Below, piece by piece: positions 19,548 through 29,743 of a stretch of DNA of 64,000 nucleotides (the first letter of the stretch is position 1; each line of letters begins with the position of its first letter). Below the pieces are notes generated by a model that saw only the letters and a list, made by a program, of their open reading frames with translations, was not told where the DNA came from and did not search any database. The stretch lies in NCBI GenBank assembly GCA_944324655.1, contig CALUXF010000007.1:880-64879 (forward strand). The letters are read 5' to 3'. A program made the translations under genes and the position numbers. The stretch comes from Candidatus Avelusimicrobium aviculae (lineage in GTDB: Bacteria; Elusimicrobiota; Elusimicrobia; Elusimicrobiales; Elusimicrobiaceae).

Positions 19548-21269
19548 TTATTTTTTAATGATTTCCGGCAGTTTTTCGGCGGCTTCGGCCAGGTTCCAGC
19601 GCACAGCTTCTTTGTCGGTGCGTTTTTTGTATTCGCACTGGCCGTCTTTTACGGTGCGGCTGCTTACCACCAGGCGGTGGGGAATGCCGATGAGGTCCGC
19701 GTCTTTAAATTTAATGCCGGCGCGTTCGTCGCGGTCGTCCATTAAGACGGATATGCCTTTGGCTTCCAGCGCGGCGGAAATTTCGTCCGCGTGTTTTTTA
19801 ACGTCCGGGTTGGAGTCATAATCAATGGCTATCAGGCACACGTCAAACGGGGCAATGGGTTCCGGCCAGATAATGCCGTTGTCGTCGTGGGATTGTTCTA
19901 TGGCGGCGGCCACCACGCGGCTTACCCCAATGCCGTAGCAACCCATAATCATCGGCTGGGCTTTTTGGTTTTCGTCCAAATAGGTGGCGCCCATAGCGTC
20001 GGAATATTTGGTGCCCAGTTTAAATACGTGGCCCACTTCTATCCCGCGTGTAAACTGGAAGGGTTTGCCACAGCGGGGGCACAAATCCCCGGCGGAAGCT
20101 ACTTTTAAATCCGCGTATACGTCTACCTGAATATCGCGCAGGGGGGTAACGTTTAAGGTGTGTACGTCTTTTTCGTTCCCGCCGGATACGCCGTTTACTA
20201 TGCCTTTTACGTAATTATCGGCGTAAATCATAATTTCCGGGTGTTTTTCTTTGAGCCCCTGCGCCCCGGCGAAACCCACAAAAGAGCCTGTGACTTGGGT
20301 GTAGGTTTCTTCGTCCGCTTTTACCAGTTCCGTGCATTTAAGCAGGGAACGGAATTTAGGCTCGTTTAGTTCATGGTCCCCGCGCACCAAGGCCACCACG
20401 GGTTTTCCGTCCGCCATAAACAGTAAGAGCTTAATCAGCTTGCTGGTGGGTACGTGCAGCATGTTGGCCACGTCCTCAATGGTGTAGGCCTTGGGGGTGG
20501 GCACGTTTTGCATGGGTTTTAAATCGGCCTCGTTTAAGGGGGCGAATTCAGGGCATTTTACTTCGGCTTTTTCCGTATTGGCGGCATAACCGCAGGAACA
20601 ATCGGCAATGGCGTCTTCGCCGTTATCGGCCAGCACCATAAACTCGTGCGAAAAATTCCCGCCGATGGCGCCGGTGTCCGCTTCCACCGCTTTAAATTTA
20701 AACCCGCAGCGGGTAAATACGCGCTGGTAAGCGTTATACATGCGTTGGTACCAGTCGGAAGCGTCCGCGTCCGTGGCGCAGAAAGAATAGGCGTCTTTCA
20801 TATAAAATTCCCGGGCGCGCATCACGCCAAAACGGGGGCGTATTTCGTCGCGGAATTTAGTGCCAAACTGATACAGGCATTTGGGCAGCTGTTTGTAAGA
20901 AGAAATGTCTTTTCTTACTAAATCGGTAATTACTTCTTCGGCGGTGGGGGCTACGCAGAATTCTCCGCCTTTGCGGTCTTTAATTTTTAATAACTGGTCC
21001 CCAAAGTGGGCCCAGCGGCCGGTTTCTTCCCACAGTTCTTTGGGCTGGATAACGGGCAGCCACAATTCGCACGCGCCGGCGCGGTCCATCTCTTCGCGTA
21101 TGATTTGCTCCACCTTTTTAAGCACTTTCATGCCCAGCGGCAGCCATTCATACAGCCCGCTGGCCAGCTTGCGGATAAGCCCCGCGCGTATCATGAGCTT
21201 GGCGGAAAGATTGTCCGCGTCTTTTGGCGCTTCTTTTAGCGTAGGTACGTAGTAATTAGATAATTTCAT
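19548..21269 (-). CDS. proS: Proline--tRNA ligase (with editing domain)
   Basis: FRDEIRPRFGVMRAREFYMKDAYSF, GIEVGHVFKLG, MGCYGIGVSR. Confidence 0.98.
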   Translation of the reverse strand: MKLSNYYVPTLKEAPKDADNLSAKLMIRAGLIRKLASGLYEWLPLGMKVLKKVEQIIREEMDRAGACELWLPVIQPKELWEETGRWAHFGDQLLKIKDRKGGEFCVAPTAEEVITDLVRKDISSYKQLPKCLYQFGTKFRDEIRPRFGVMRAREFYMKDAYSFCATDADASDWYQRMYNAYQRVFTRCGFKFKAVEADTGAIGGNFSHEFMVLADNGEDAIADCSCGYAANTEKAEVKCPEFAPLNEADLKPMQNVPTPKAYTIEDVANMLHVPTSKLIKLLLFMADGKPVVALVRGDHELNEPKFRSLLKCTELVKADEETYTQVTGSFVGFAGAQGLKEKHPEIMIYADNYVKGIVNGVSGGNEKDVHTLNVTPLRDIQVDVYADLKVASAGDLCPRCGKPFQFTRGIEVGHVFKLGTKYSDAMGATYLDENQKAQPMIMGCYGIGVSRVVAAAIEQSHDDNGIIWPEPIAPFDVCLIAIDYDSNPDVKKHADEISAALEAKGISVLMDDRDERAGIKFKDADLIGIPHRLVVSSRTVKDGQCEYKKRTDKEAVRWNLAEAAEKLPEIIKK

Positions 21270-21805
21270 TTGGTGTTATCCTCTGAATTAGGCACAGGAA
21301 GGCCTATTTTTTCTAATGGTAAGTATTCAAAATAATAAAAACAGTGTACAGAATGAATGTAATCTAACACATCTTTATATTCAGGTTTTCTAAACCAGTT
21401 ACTTAAAATATAGATATATTCAACATCAATATTTAATTGTGCCAATAATTTCTGATATTGTTTCTTTTTAAAATCACAAGTTTGCAGTTTTTCGTCAACG
21501 GAACCTGCAACCTGTTGGAATTTCACTTCTATAATATAAAGCGTATTTTTAATGATTACAAAAATGGAATCATCTGGAAGCAGACGTTTAGAAATGATAT
21601 TTTTCCAGTTTATTCCGTTTTCTTCCAAGAACTTGTAAAACGCAAATTTTTTATATGTCCGTGCTACTTCCTGTTCTTGAAAATAGACTATATTGTCTTT
21701 AACTTGGTAGTCTTTTTGTTTGGACAGAAAAGTCAATATATCAGTCTTGCCTTCAAATGCAAGTCCTGTTTTCGTGTTGGCTCCGCCAATGCCACCTGTT
21801 TTCAT
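21266..21805 (-). CDS. Putative type II restriction endonuclease, PD-(D/E)XK fold
   Basis: LLPDDSIF...IIEVKFQ motif; coupled to a DNA methylase; AT-rich. Confidence 0.75.
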   Translation of the reverse strand: MKTGGIGGANTKTGLAFEGKTDILTFLSKQKDYQVKDNIVYFQEQEVARTYKKFAFYKFLEENGINWKNIISKRLLPDDSIFVIIKNTLYIIEVKFQQVAGSVDEKLQTCDFKKKQYQKLLAQLNIDVEYIYILSNWFRKPEYKDVLDYIHSVHCFYYFEYLPLEKIGLPVPNSEDNTK

Positions 21806-22602
21806 TTTTCGTTTCCTCTGTTTAGTAATGTTTCATACCGTTTAACTGATAAATCTAAATATTTTTTTTCTGTATCAATGCCGATAAATCTACGTTTATA
21901 AAATACAGCTGCTAAACCAGTAGTGGAACTGCCAGTAAAAGGATCTAATATTAAATCCTTAGGATTGGTGCTGGCCAGAACTATTCTTCTTAATAAATCA
22001 AAAGGTTTCTGAGTCGGATGTTTTCCGAAAGCTTTTTCTGTTGCTTTTGGCGTATTAATGGCCCATACAGAACGCATCTGTAAGTTAGGTTTTTTTAAAA
22101 AATCTTCCGGCCAGTTCCCATTTTTCATGGAATCATAATTGAATGTATGTTTAGCTTTTTTGTCTTTTCTGGCCCAAATCAGTGTTTCATGGCTGGCTGT
22201 AAAAAAGCGGCAACTTAAGTTAGGAGAAGCATTGGGTTTAAACCAAGCGATATCATTTAAAATATGATAGCCGTTTCTTTGCAAGGCATATCCACACTGA
22301 TAAATAGAGTGATAAGTACCGCTGATCCAAATAGTTCCTTCAGGTCTTAAAATACGTTTACATGAAGCTATCCAGTCATTTTGAAATTTAAAATCTTCAT
22401 CAAAGCCGTTACTTTTATCCCATGCCCCTTTATTTACACACACTCTACGTCCGGATTGTACAGAAAATCCACCATTGGATAACATGTAAGGAGGATCTGC
22501 AAAAATCATGTCAAAACTGTTGTCTGGAAACTGTTGCATAATTTCCAAGCAGTTACCTTGATACAGAGTAAAGTTTTTATTATGATAAAACGGTTTTGTC
22601 AT
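21802..22602 (-). CDS. DNA amino-methyltransferase, beta class (DpnA-like)
   Basis: MIFADPPY...LSNGG, NLSCRFFT, HPTQKP, LDPFTGSSTT, FIGID: motif order and text recall DpnA. Confidence 0.9.
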   Translation of the reverse strand: MTKPFYHNKNFTLYQGNCLEIMQQFPDNSFDMIFADPPYMLSNGGFSVQSGRRVCVNKGAWDKSNGFDEDFKFQNDWIASCKRILRPEGTIWISGTYHSIYQCGYALQRNGYHILNDIAWFKPNASPNLSCRFFTASHETLIWARKDKKAKHTFNYDSMKNGNWPEDFLKKPNLQMRSVWAINTPKATEKAFGKHPTQKPFDLLRRIVLASTNPKDLILDPFTGSSTTGLAAVFYKRRFIGIDTEKKYLDLSVKRYETLLNRGNEK

Positions 22603-23681
22603 TTTCCGAACTCGTTTATTTTTTCAATTAAAAAATCCACCCATTTTTCTTGGGGAAGCTTAAACATGGTTTGGCCTTTTTCAAAGTACAAACCTTCGCC
22701 CACGCCGCCGGCTATGCCAAAATCGGCGTCGCGCGCTTCGCCGGGGCCGTTTACCACGCAGCCCATAACGGCTATTTTAAGGCCGGTGGCTTTTTGCAGC
22801 AGGGCTTTGTCGTTATAAATGCGCTCTTCCAGCGCGTGCACGGTGTCTTTTACGTTTACTTGCGTGCGCCCGCAGGTGGGGCAGGAAATTAAATTGGGGC
22901 CGTATTCCCTTAATCCCAACGCTTTTAAAATTTCATACGCGGCGCGTACTTGCATGCGGGGGTCTTCCGTCAGGGAAACGCGGATGGTGGCCCCAATGCC
23001 TTTTTGTAAAAGCGTCCCCAGCGCGATGGCGCTTTTTACCGTTCCGCTTAAAAAGCTGCCGGCTTCGGTCAGGCCGATGTGAAGCGGAATGTCAGACTGG
23101 GAGGCAAAAAGCTCATTGGCTTTTAAGGTGCGGTAAAAATTGTCAGACTTTAAAGACACCACTACATTGTGAAAGTTTAGCTGTTCCAGCACGTTGGCCT
23201 GTTCCAACGCTTCCTGCACCATAACTTCGGCCCATTTCTCGTCCGTCAGTTCCACCTGGCCGGACACGCTTTTTAAATATTTAACCGAACCCGCGTTCAC
23301 CCCAATGCGTATGGCTACGCCGTGGTCTTTGCAGGCGCGCACCACTTCTTTGGTGTTTTCTATACTGCCGATGTTGCCGGGGTTAATGCGCACTTTGTCC
23401 ACGCCTTGTTTTACGGCTTCCAAAGCCAGTTTGTAGTCAAAATGAATATCCGCCACCAGGGGGGAGTGTATGCGTTTTTTTATCTCTCCTATGGCTTGCG
23501 CGGCCTGCATATCAGGTACGGCTACGCGGTTGATTTCACAGCCGGCGTTTTCCAGCAGGTTGATTTGTGCGGCGGTGGTTTGCGCGTCGCGCGTATCGGT
23601 ATTGCACATGCTTTGCACGCGCACGGGGTGGCCGGTTCCCAGCGTATAAGGGCCTACTTTTACCAATCTGGTTTTATACAT
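22599..23681 (-). CDS. ispG: HMBPP synthase
   Basis: VRVQSM, VADIHFDY, RINPGNIG, HIGLTEAG, SCPTCGR, VMGCVVNGPGEA. Confidence 0.97.
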   Translation of the reverse strand: MYKTRLVKVGPYTLGTGHPVRVQSMCNTDTRDAQTTAAQINLLENAGCEINRVAVPDMQAAQAIGEIKKRIHSPLVADIHFDYKLALEAVKQGVDKVRINPGNIGSIENTKEVVRACKDHGVAIRIGVNAGSVKYLKSVSGQVELTDEKWAEVMVQEALEQANVLEQLNFHNVVVSLKSDNFYRTLKANELFASQSDIPLHIGLTEAGSFLSGTVKSAIALGTLLQKGIGATIRVSLTEDPRMQVRAAYEILKALGLREYGPNLISCPTCGRTQVNVKDTVHALEERIYNDKALLQKATGLKIAVMGCVVNGPGEARDADFGIAGGVGEGLYFEKGQTMFKLPQEKWVDFLIEKINEFGK

Positions 23682-24812
23682 TTAGTTTGCCTCTTGGGTT
23701 GATTGGGGTGCGTTTTCCTGCGTACCCGGTTGGGCGGAAGCCTCGGCCGCGGGAGCCTTGGGCGCAAAGAAAATGCGTTTTACGTCAGAGTAAGACGCAT
23801 ACAGCACTAACAATATCAGTGCGTAAAAACCGCAGTTCATTGCCGCGTTTACCACCCGTTCTGAAGGTAACTTTCCGGTTAGCCCTTCCAGCAAAAACAC
23901 CAGGGCGTAGCCGCCGTCCAGTATGGGGATAGGGAACAAGTTAAACATTCCCACCGCCAGGGACAGCATCCCAATTAAAAATATAAAGTTTACCAGTTCC
24001 CCGTGCGCCGTTTTATGAATGATGTTTACAATGCCGATGGGGCCGGCCAAATCCGGCGCTTTTTTGTGGGTAAAGCTTTCCCACAGGGAAACTAAAGAAA
24101 ATTTGGTCCAGTACCAGCACTGGTATACGCCCAGCCAGGCGGATTCAAAAATACCCACCGGCCTCATTACCGGCGCGGCCGTAATGCCGATAATATGGGG
24201 CTGTTCGGGCAAAAAGTCCGCGTCTTTTAACGTAAACTGCAGGGTTTCATCCCCGCGTTTTACGCTTAAAGCCAAATCTTGTTTGCGGGCCTCAACGGCG
24301 GGGGTTAATTCTTTCCACGAGGAAATTTCTTTCCCGTCCACGCTTAAAATGACGTCTCCGGGTTCTAAGCCGGCTTTGGCGGCGGGGTAGTTTTCGCTTA
24401 CGGCGCCCACTTGGGCGGGCAGCAGGGCGGTGTCCGTTTCCGGCATGCCTTTTACGTAAATAATCCCGGCAAACACAATAGCCGCCAGTACGTAGTTAAA
24501 CAAAGCGCCGTTTACCACCATAAAAAACTTGGCGTACCATTTTTTGGCGGCAAATTCATAGGATTTGGGGCCTTCTTTCGCGTCCTTAGGGTGGAACATC
24601 TGCCCGGCGGGCTCCACAAACCCGCCAAAAGGAATGGCGCGGATTTGGTAATCCGTATCGCCTTTCTTTTTATGCCATAAAATCTTGCCAAACCCAAATG
24701 AAAATTCTTTCACGCGTATGCCGGTTAAACGGCAGGCCAGAAAGTGCCCAAATTCGTGTATAATCACAATCGGGCTGAGTACAACAATAACGGCTATAAC
24801 GGATAAAAGCAT
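23682..24812 (-). CDS. rseP: RIP metalloprotease with PDZ domain
   Basis: HEFGH, PDZ, FNLFPIPILDGG. Confidence 0.95.
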   Translation of the reverse strand: MLLSVIAVIVVLSPIVIIHEFGHFLACRLTGIRVKEFSFGFGKILWHKKKGDTDYQIRAIPFGGFVEPAGQMFHPKDAKEGPKSYEFAAKKWYAKFFMVVNGALFNYVLAAIVFAGIIYVKGMPETDTALLPAQVGAVSENYPAAKAGLEPGDVILSVDGKEISSWKELTPAVEARKQDLALSVKRGDETLQFTLKDADFLPEQPHIIGITAAPVMRPVGIFESAWLGVYQCWYWTKFSLVSLWESFTHKKAPDLAGPIGIVNIIHKTAHGELVNFIFLIGMLSLAVGMFNLFPIPILDGGYALVFLLEGLTGKLPSERVVNAAMNCGFYALILLVLYASYSDVKRIFFAPKAPAAEASAQPGTQENAPQSTQEAN

Positions 24813-24820
24813 TTTTCCTC

Positions 24821-26017
24821 CTAAATAATGGCTTTGCGGTAGCTTTTGCTTTGCAAAGAAACCAAGGCGGCTTCCCGTGCCATGGCGTCCGCCTCGGCCG
24901 CTTGGTTTAAGTTTACCTTGCCGCCGCCGCTGTGCGTGTTTTTAAGCACGGTGTAAATTAGTTTGGGGATATCCGTAAATTTAATTTCTTCTTTTAAGAA
25001 GCTGTCTACGGCCACTTCGTCCACCGCGCTTAACACCGCCGGATAAATGCCGCCCAAGCGGTACGCTTCAAAAGCTAAAGACAAGCAGGGAAAGCGTTCA
25101 AAATCCGGCTCCATAAATTCCAGCTTGGCTACCTCAAATAAATTTAATTTTTGGGCGGGGGAGGGTTTGCGCTCCGGGTAGGTAATGGCGTATTGTATGG
25201 GCAGGCGCATGTCCGGCGCGCCCATTTGCGCCAGGATAGACCCGTCCACATATTCCACCGCGGAGTGTATGATAGACTGCGGGTGAATGACAATTTGCAC
25301 TTTTTCTTCCGGCAAATTGAATAAATTCATAATTTCAATGGCTTCAAAGCCTTTGTTCATCAGGGTGGCGGAGTCTATGGTAATTTTTTTGCCCATTTTC
25401 CAGCGCGGGTGTTTTAACGCTTCCTGCGGGGTGACGGTAGACAAAGCCGCTTTGCGTTTGGCAAACGGCCCGCCGGAAGCGGTTAAAAAGACGCGGGAAA
25501 TGCGGTCCTGCATTTTGTTGTAGGTGGTTTCGTCCGCGTCGGTTAAACATTGAAAAATGGCCGAGGGTTCGCTGTCTACCGGAATAATAGCCGCTTCCCA
25601 GCGTTGGCATTCTTCCATAATGGTTTTTCCGGCCATGACCATTGGTTCTTTATTGGCCAAGGCGATGGTTTTGCCCGCCTTGATGGCGCTGATTAAAGGC
25701 ATAAAGCCCACCGCGCCCACCAAGCCGTTAATCACCAAATCGGCCGAGGGTAAAGAAGCCAAAAAAGTAAAACTTTCCATTTCCGGCGGCAACAGGCGGG
25801 TGCCTTTGGGCATTTGGTCTTTTACCTGCTCGTACGCTTGCGGATTCATTAAGGCGGCAAAGCGGGGTTTAAAGTCATGGATTTGTTTTAAAAACAAGTC
25901 CACATTATTATTTGCCGTTAGCCCGATGACGCGGTAATCCGCCCCCAGCCCGGCAATGCAGGAAAGCGCAGACGTGCCGATAGAACCGGTGGAACCTAAA
26001 ATGACGATATTTTTCAT
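24821..26017 (-). CDS. dxr: 1-deoxy-D-xylulose-5-phosphate reductoisomerase
   Basis: LGSTGSIG, LANKE, PVDSE, KITIDSATLMNKGFE. Confidence 0.97.
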   Translation of the reverse strand: MKNIVILGSTGSIGTSALSCIAGLGADYRVIGLTANNNVDLFLKQIHDFKPRFAALMNPQAYEQVKDQMPKGTRLLPPEMESFTFLASLPSADLVINGLVGAVGFMPLISAIKAGKTIALANKEPMVMAGKTIMEECQRWEAAIIPVDSEPSAIFQCLTDADETTYNKMQDRISRVFLTASGGPFAKRKAALSTVTPQEALKHPRWKMGKKITIDSATLMNKGFEAIEIMNLFNLPEEKVQIVIHPQSIIHSAVEYVDGSILAQMGAPDMRLPIQYAITYPERKPSPAQKLNLFEVAKLEFMEPDFERFPCLSLAFEAYRLGGIYPAVLSAVDEVAVDSFLKEEIKFTDIPKLIYTVLKNTHSGGGKVNLNQAAEADAMAREAALVSLQSKSYRKAII

Positions 26018-26832
26018 AACGTATACAACACCGTATAATAGAATACGGGGGCTAATAAAAGATACGAGTCAAACCGGTCTAAAAAACCGCCGTGTCCGGG
26101 CAGCAGGTTGGAAGAGTCTTTCACCCCCATGGAGCGTTTCAGTACGGATTCAGCCAAATCAGACACTTGCCCGATTACCGCCACCAACAGCCCCATTAAG
26201 GCCGCGCTTTGCACGGTAAATAAAGTGGGCAAAAGCAATTTTTGCATGGCAATGGCCGCCCCAATGGCAAGCACCGTGCCGCCAATGGCGCCTTCCCATG
26301 TTTTTTTAGGGCTTACTTCTTGGTTTAATTTATGGCGGCCCAAAAAGCGGCCGGTAAAATAGGCGCCCGTATCGCTTACCCAGACGGTAATGAACATAAA
26401 GAAAGTAAGGTATTCCCCATAGTGGGCAATTTCACGTATATTAATTAAATGCGCCAAAGACCAAGGGATTAAAAACACGCCCGTAAAGGTATTGCATACC
26501 CGTTCCCAAGAGCGGTGGGGGGTTAAGATTTCCACAAATAATATGCCAAAGATGATGATGCTCATGGCCAGGGGGTATAAATTATCCGGCATGTCTACCC
26601 CGTCCAGCTGGGTGCGGCCCAACACGGCGGCCAGCGCCATTAGCAGGCCAAAAAACAGCAAGCTGAAGCGGTGCACCGGATGTTTCCCGGCGGTAAGCGC
26701 AAGCCCGTATTCATACAGGCACAGCGCGATGATACAGCCCACCAAGGCCATATAGAAAAAACCGCCGTAATGAATGGCGGGAAGGATTACGCCTAAGCCG
26801 ATAACGGCGGTGATTACTCTGGGTAATAGCAT
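26014..26832 (-). CDS. cdsA: Phosphatidate cytidylyltransferase
   Basis: SPKKTWEG, KDSSNLLPGHGGFLDRFDS. Confidence 0.96.
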   Translation of the reverse strand: MLLPRVITAVIGLGVILPAIHYGGFFYMALVGCIIALCLYEYGLALTAGKHPVHRFSLLFFGLLMALAAVLGRTQLDGVDMPDNLYPLAMSIIIFGILFVEILTPHRSWERVCNTFTGVFLIPWSLAHLINIREIAHYGEYLTFFMFITVWVSDTGAYFTGRFLGRHKLNQEVSPKKTWEGAIGGTVLAIGAAIAMQKLLLPTLFTVQSAALMGLLVAVIGQVSDLAESVLKRSMGVKDSSNLLPGHGGFLDRFDSYLLLAPVFYYTVLYTL

Positions 26833-26883
26833 ATATTTATTTTAGCATAATTCACTACGCCGCGCAGGGAGGAAAAAGATTTT

Positions 26884-27387
26884 TTAGATGAGTCTTTCAA
26901 ACGCGGCGCGTTTGCCGTGTTTGCGCACAAAAATCGTTCCGCAGGGGGTAAAGCCGTTTTTGTTGAGCAGATTTAAGGTGGGGGTGTTTTGTTCATGCGT
27001 GTCTACCCGCAAAGACTGCATGCCTTGTTTGCGGGCTTCTTGTACGGAATATTCCAACACGGCCTGGGCCAGCCCTTTGCGGCGCATGGAGGGCAATACC
27101 GCCAAGCGGTGCACCACGCCGTAAGGCCCGGCGCAAAGCCAAGCGCCGTCGTAAATAGAGGAGTAAAAAGGGTCATCACAAAAGCACAAAGCAAAGTAGC
27201 CTACGGGCTGTTGTTCTTGTTCTATGATATAGGCGTAGCCGCGGGAGAGGTCTTTTTCCAAATCGCTTAGGGCGGGGTATCCGTCCTGCCACTGATTAAT
27301 GCCTTTGCGGCAAAATTCGGCCTGTACCTGTTGGATAATGTCCAAGGCAAGGGGAATGTCTGCTGCGGTGCAGGGGCGGATAATCAT
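26884..27387 (-). CDS. GNAT acetyltransferase
   Basis: WQDGYP, VHRLAV...RRKGLA, LRVDTHEQN; start moved to ATG 27387 (GGAGGAG RBS, TAATG overlap). Confidence 0.88.
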   Translation of the reverse strand: MIIRPCTAADIPLALDIIQQVQAEFCRKGINQWQDGYPALSDLEKDLSRGYAYIIEQEQQPVGYFALCFCDDPFYSSIYDGAWLCAGPYGVVHRLAVLPSMRRKGLAQAVLEYSVQEARKQGMQSLRVDTHEQNTPTLNLLNKNGFTPCGTIFVRKHGKRAAFERLI

Positions 27388-28079
27388 TAACTCCTCCGTT
27401 TGGCGGGTTTGGGGGTAAGCGTTAGTTTTGCGTTGTTTGCCACCCAAAGCGCAGTGCGGCTGTTTTCAAAAAGGTAGCATATTTCTTCAGCGCAAGCCAG
27501 CGCTTTTTTTGATAATTGGGGGCTTTTGGCTCCCACGGCGCGCAGCGCTTTGTTTACGGCTTTGTATACGGCGGGGCGGGCGTCTGCCGCTCCGTTTTTT
27601 ATAAGGGGGAGCATTTTTTGCAAGTCAGCCGCCGGCGTTTTGGCGCGCGGAGCGGCCAGTGCGCATACCATCATAAACCCGGCGCGGCGGGTAAGCTCTC
27701 TTTCCTGTTTTATCCAGCGTTCGGCCAGTTTTAGGGGATTTTTGGTTTTGGTAAAAAGTTCGGCGGCGCATAAATCGCATACATCTTGGCTTTCTATGTC
27801 TTGCGCCCAAGCGTTTAGGGCGGTTTGCGTCATGCAGGAAACGTCCGCCAGCAAGGCGGCCATCAAGCGCGCGCCGTGGCGGCGGGTTTGCCAAAGCGCC
27901 AAGGCCAGTTCATGGTCCGGCCGGGGAAGGGCTTTGGATAAGCTTCTGATAATGCCTAAAGTGGCTCCGTCCGCCTGTTCTCCAAGCCGGGAGGTTTGCC
28001 GTTGTTTAGAGGCGCGGATAGAGTGGCGTTCTATGCGCCGGAGCAGTTCTTCCGCGCGGGCACGGGTAAGCGGGTTCAT
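27387..28079 (-). CDS. DNA alkylation repair protein (AlkD-like HEAT-repeat)
   Basis: LALALWQT...ARLMA, WIKQERELTRRAGF, YKAVNKALRAVG. Confidence 0.75.
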   Translation of the reverse strand: MNPLTRARAEELLRRIERHSIRASKQRQTSRLGEQADGATLGIIRSLSKALPRPDHELALALWQTRRHGARLMAALLADVSCMTQTALNAWAQDIESQDVCDLCAAELFTKTKNPLKLAERWIKQERELTRRAGFMMVCALAAPRAKTPAADLQKMLPLIKNGAADARPAVYKAVNKALRAVGAKSPQLSKKALACAEEICYLFENSRTALWVANNAKLTLTPKPAKRRS

Positions 28080-28081
28080 GG

Positions 28082-28774
28082 TTAGATGCCTCCAAAGCGG
28101 CGGGTGCGGCGGGCGTATTCGTCCAGGGCGTTTTTAAAATCCTGCTCGGAAAAATCCGGCCACAGGATATCGGTAAAATAAAACTCCGTATACGCGCATT
28201 GCCATAACAAAAAATTGGAAAGCCGTTTTTCGCCCGATGTGCGTATCAGCAAATCCGGGTCCGGCAGGGCGGGCTGGTATAAACAGCGCTGCAAGTCTTG
28301 CTCGGTGGGTTTGGTGATGCCTTGTGAGGCCAGCTGGGCAAAAGCGTCCAGTAATTCCGCGCGGGAGCCGTAGTTTAACGCCAAGTTTACCGTAAGCCCC
28401 GTTTTTTGCGCGGTGGCTTGGGTTACGCGGGCAATTTTTTCCTGTATGGCGGGGGAAAGCGGTTCTTTACGCCCGCTTACCAATAAACGGATATTGTTTT
28501 TTTGCGCGGTTTGGGCATATTTGTCCAAGGTTTGTTCCAGTAAGCGCATTAAGCCGTCAATTTCTTCTTGGGGGCGGGACCAATTTTCCGTGGAAAAGGC
28601 GTAAAAGCTTAGCACGTCCACCCCGTATTTTTGCGCGGCGTTAATCACGCGCTCAACGGCTTTGGCGCCGGCGTTGTGCCCGGCTAAACGCGGCAAGCTT
28701 TTTTGTTTGGCCCAGCGTCCGTTTCCGTCCATAATAATGGCCACATGGCGGGGGGTGGATTTTGTAATAGACAT
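28082..28774 (-). CDS. uppS: Undecaprenyl diphosphate synthase
   Basis: HVAIIMDGNGRWA, FSTENW, IRTSGEKRLSNFLLWQ; start moved to ATG 28774. Confidence 0.97.
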   Translation of the reverse strand: MSITKSTPRHVAIIMDGNGRWAKQKSLPRLAGHNAGAKAVERVINAAQKYGVDVLSFYAFSTENWSRPQEEIDGLMRLLEQTLDKYAQTAQKNNIRLLVSGRKEPLSPAIQEKIARVTQATAQKTGLTVNLALNYGSRAELLDAFAQLASQGITKPTEQDLQRCLYQPALPDPDLLIRTSGEKRLSNFLLWQCAYTEFYFTDILWPDFSEQDFKNALDEYARRTRRFGGI

Positions 28775-28880
28775 AAAATAGATTTTATCTTTTTTGGGCA
28801 ATTTTGCCAAAATGCACTTAAAATGCGGAAGATAAAAAACCCGCTTTTGAAAGCGGGTTTTTGGGGTTCGCAAAGAGCGG

Positions 28881-29444
28881 TTAAATTTTCATAATCTCGG
28901 CTTCTTTTGCTTTGATGGTCTGGTCAATATCGGCGATAAAACCGTCAGTCGCTTTTTGAACGTCATTTTCGTAACGTTTCAAGTCGTCTTCGGTAATTTC
29001 ACCGGCTTTTTGGGCTTTTTTGAGTTTTTCCAGTATGTCACGGCGGTTGTTGCGCACGGCCACTTTAAAATCTTCGCTCATTTTGGCAATGTTTTTGGCC
29101 AGTTGTTTGCGGCGGTCTTCCGTCATGGAAGGCAAGGTAATGCGGATTACTTTGCCGTCATTTACCGGGCTGGCGCCCAAGTCCGCCTTTTGCAGGGCTT
29201 TGTCTATATCGTTCAAAGCGCTCATGTCCCAGGGTTGTACTTCCAACGTTTTGGCGTCCAGTACGTTAATCATGGCCATTTGCTTGATAGGGGTGGGCGT
29301 GCCGTAATAATCTACACGGATATTTTCCAACAAAGCGGCGCTGGCGCGGCCGGTGCGAATGGTGGCCAAATCGTGTGATAAACGGGTGACGTGGCCGGCC
29401 ATTTCCGTTTTGGTTTTGCTGATAAGGGCGCTGATTGCTTCCAT
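28881..29444 (-). CDS. frr: Ribosome recycling factor
   Basis: IRTGRA, IRVDYYG, PSMTEDRR. Confidence 0.97.
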   Translation of the reverse strand: MEAISALISKTKTEMAGHVTRLSHDLATIRTGRASAALLENIRVDYYGTPTPIKQMAMINVLDAKTLEVQPWDMSALNDIDKALQKADLGASPVNDGKVIRITLPSMTEDRRKQLAKNIAKMSEDFKVAVRNNRRDILEKLKKAQKAGEITEDDLKRYENDVQKATDGFIADIDQTIKAKEAEIMKI

Positions 29445-29743
29445 AAACTCCTCTTTACAGTTTTAGTTTAAATATATTCCCATTATAGCAATTCTTTAAA
29501 ATACTGGAAAATTTATTATACCGCTTAGAAAAGCAGTCCCTTTTTTGTAGGTTTAGTTTTCTTGACCCTTATGGGGTTATTTGGTAGACTTTAAAAAATA
29601 AATTCCTCTTGGATTTTACGAGGGATTTTATTTGTTGTTGATCATTTTTTTGTACTATCCAAATTTTTGCCGGCAGCAAGTTTTTGCTAAAGGGCAGAGC
29701 AACCTTTTTACCCTGTCTGCCGGGAGCTAAGGGGTTTGTTCTT

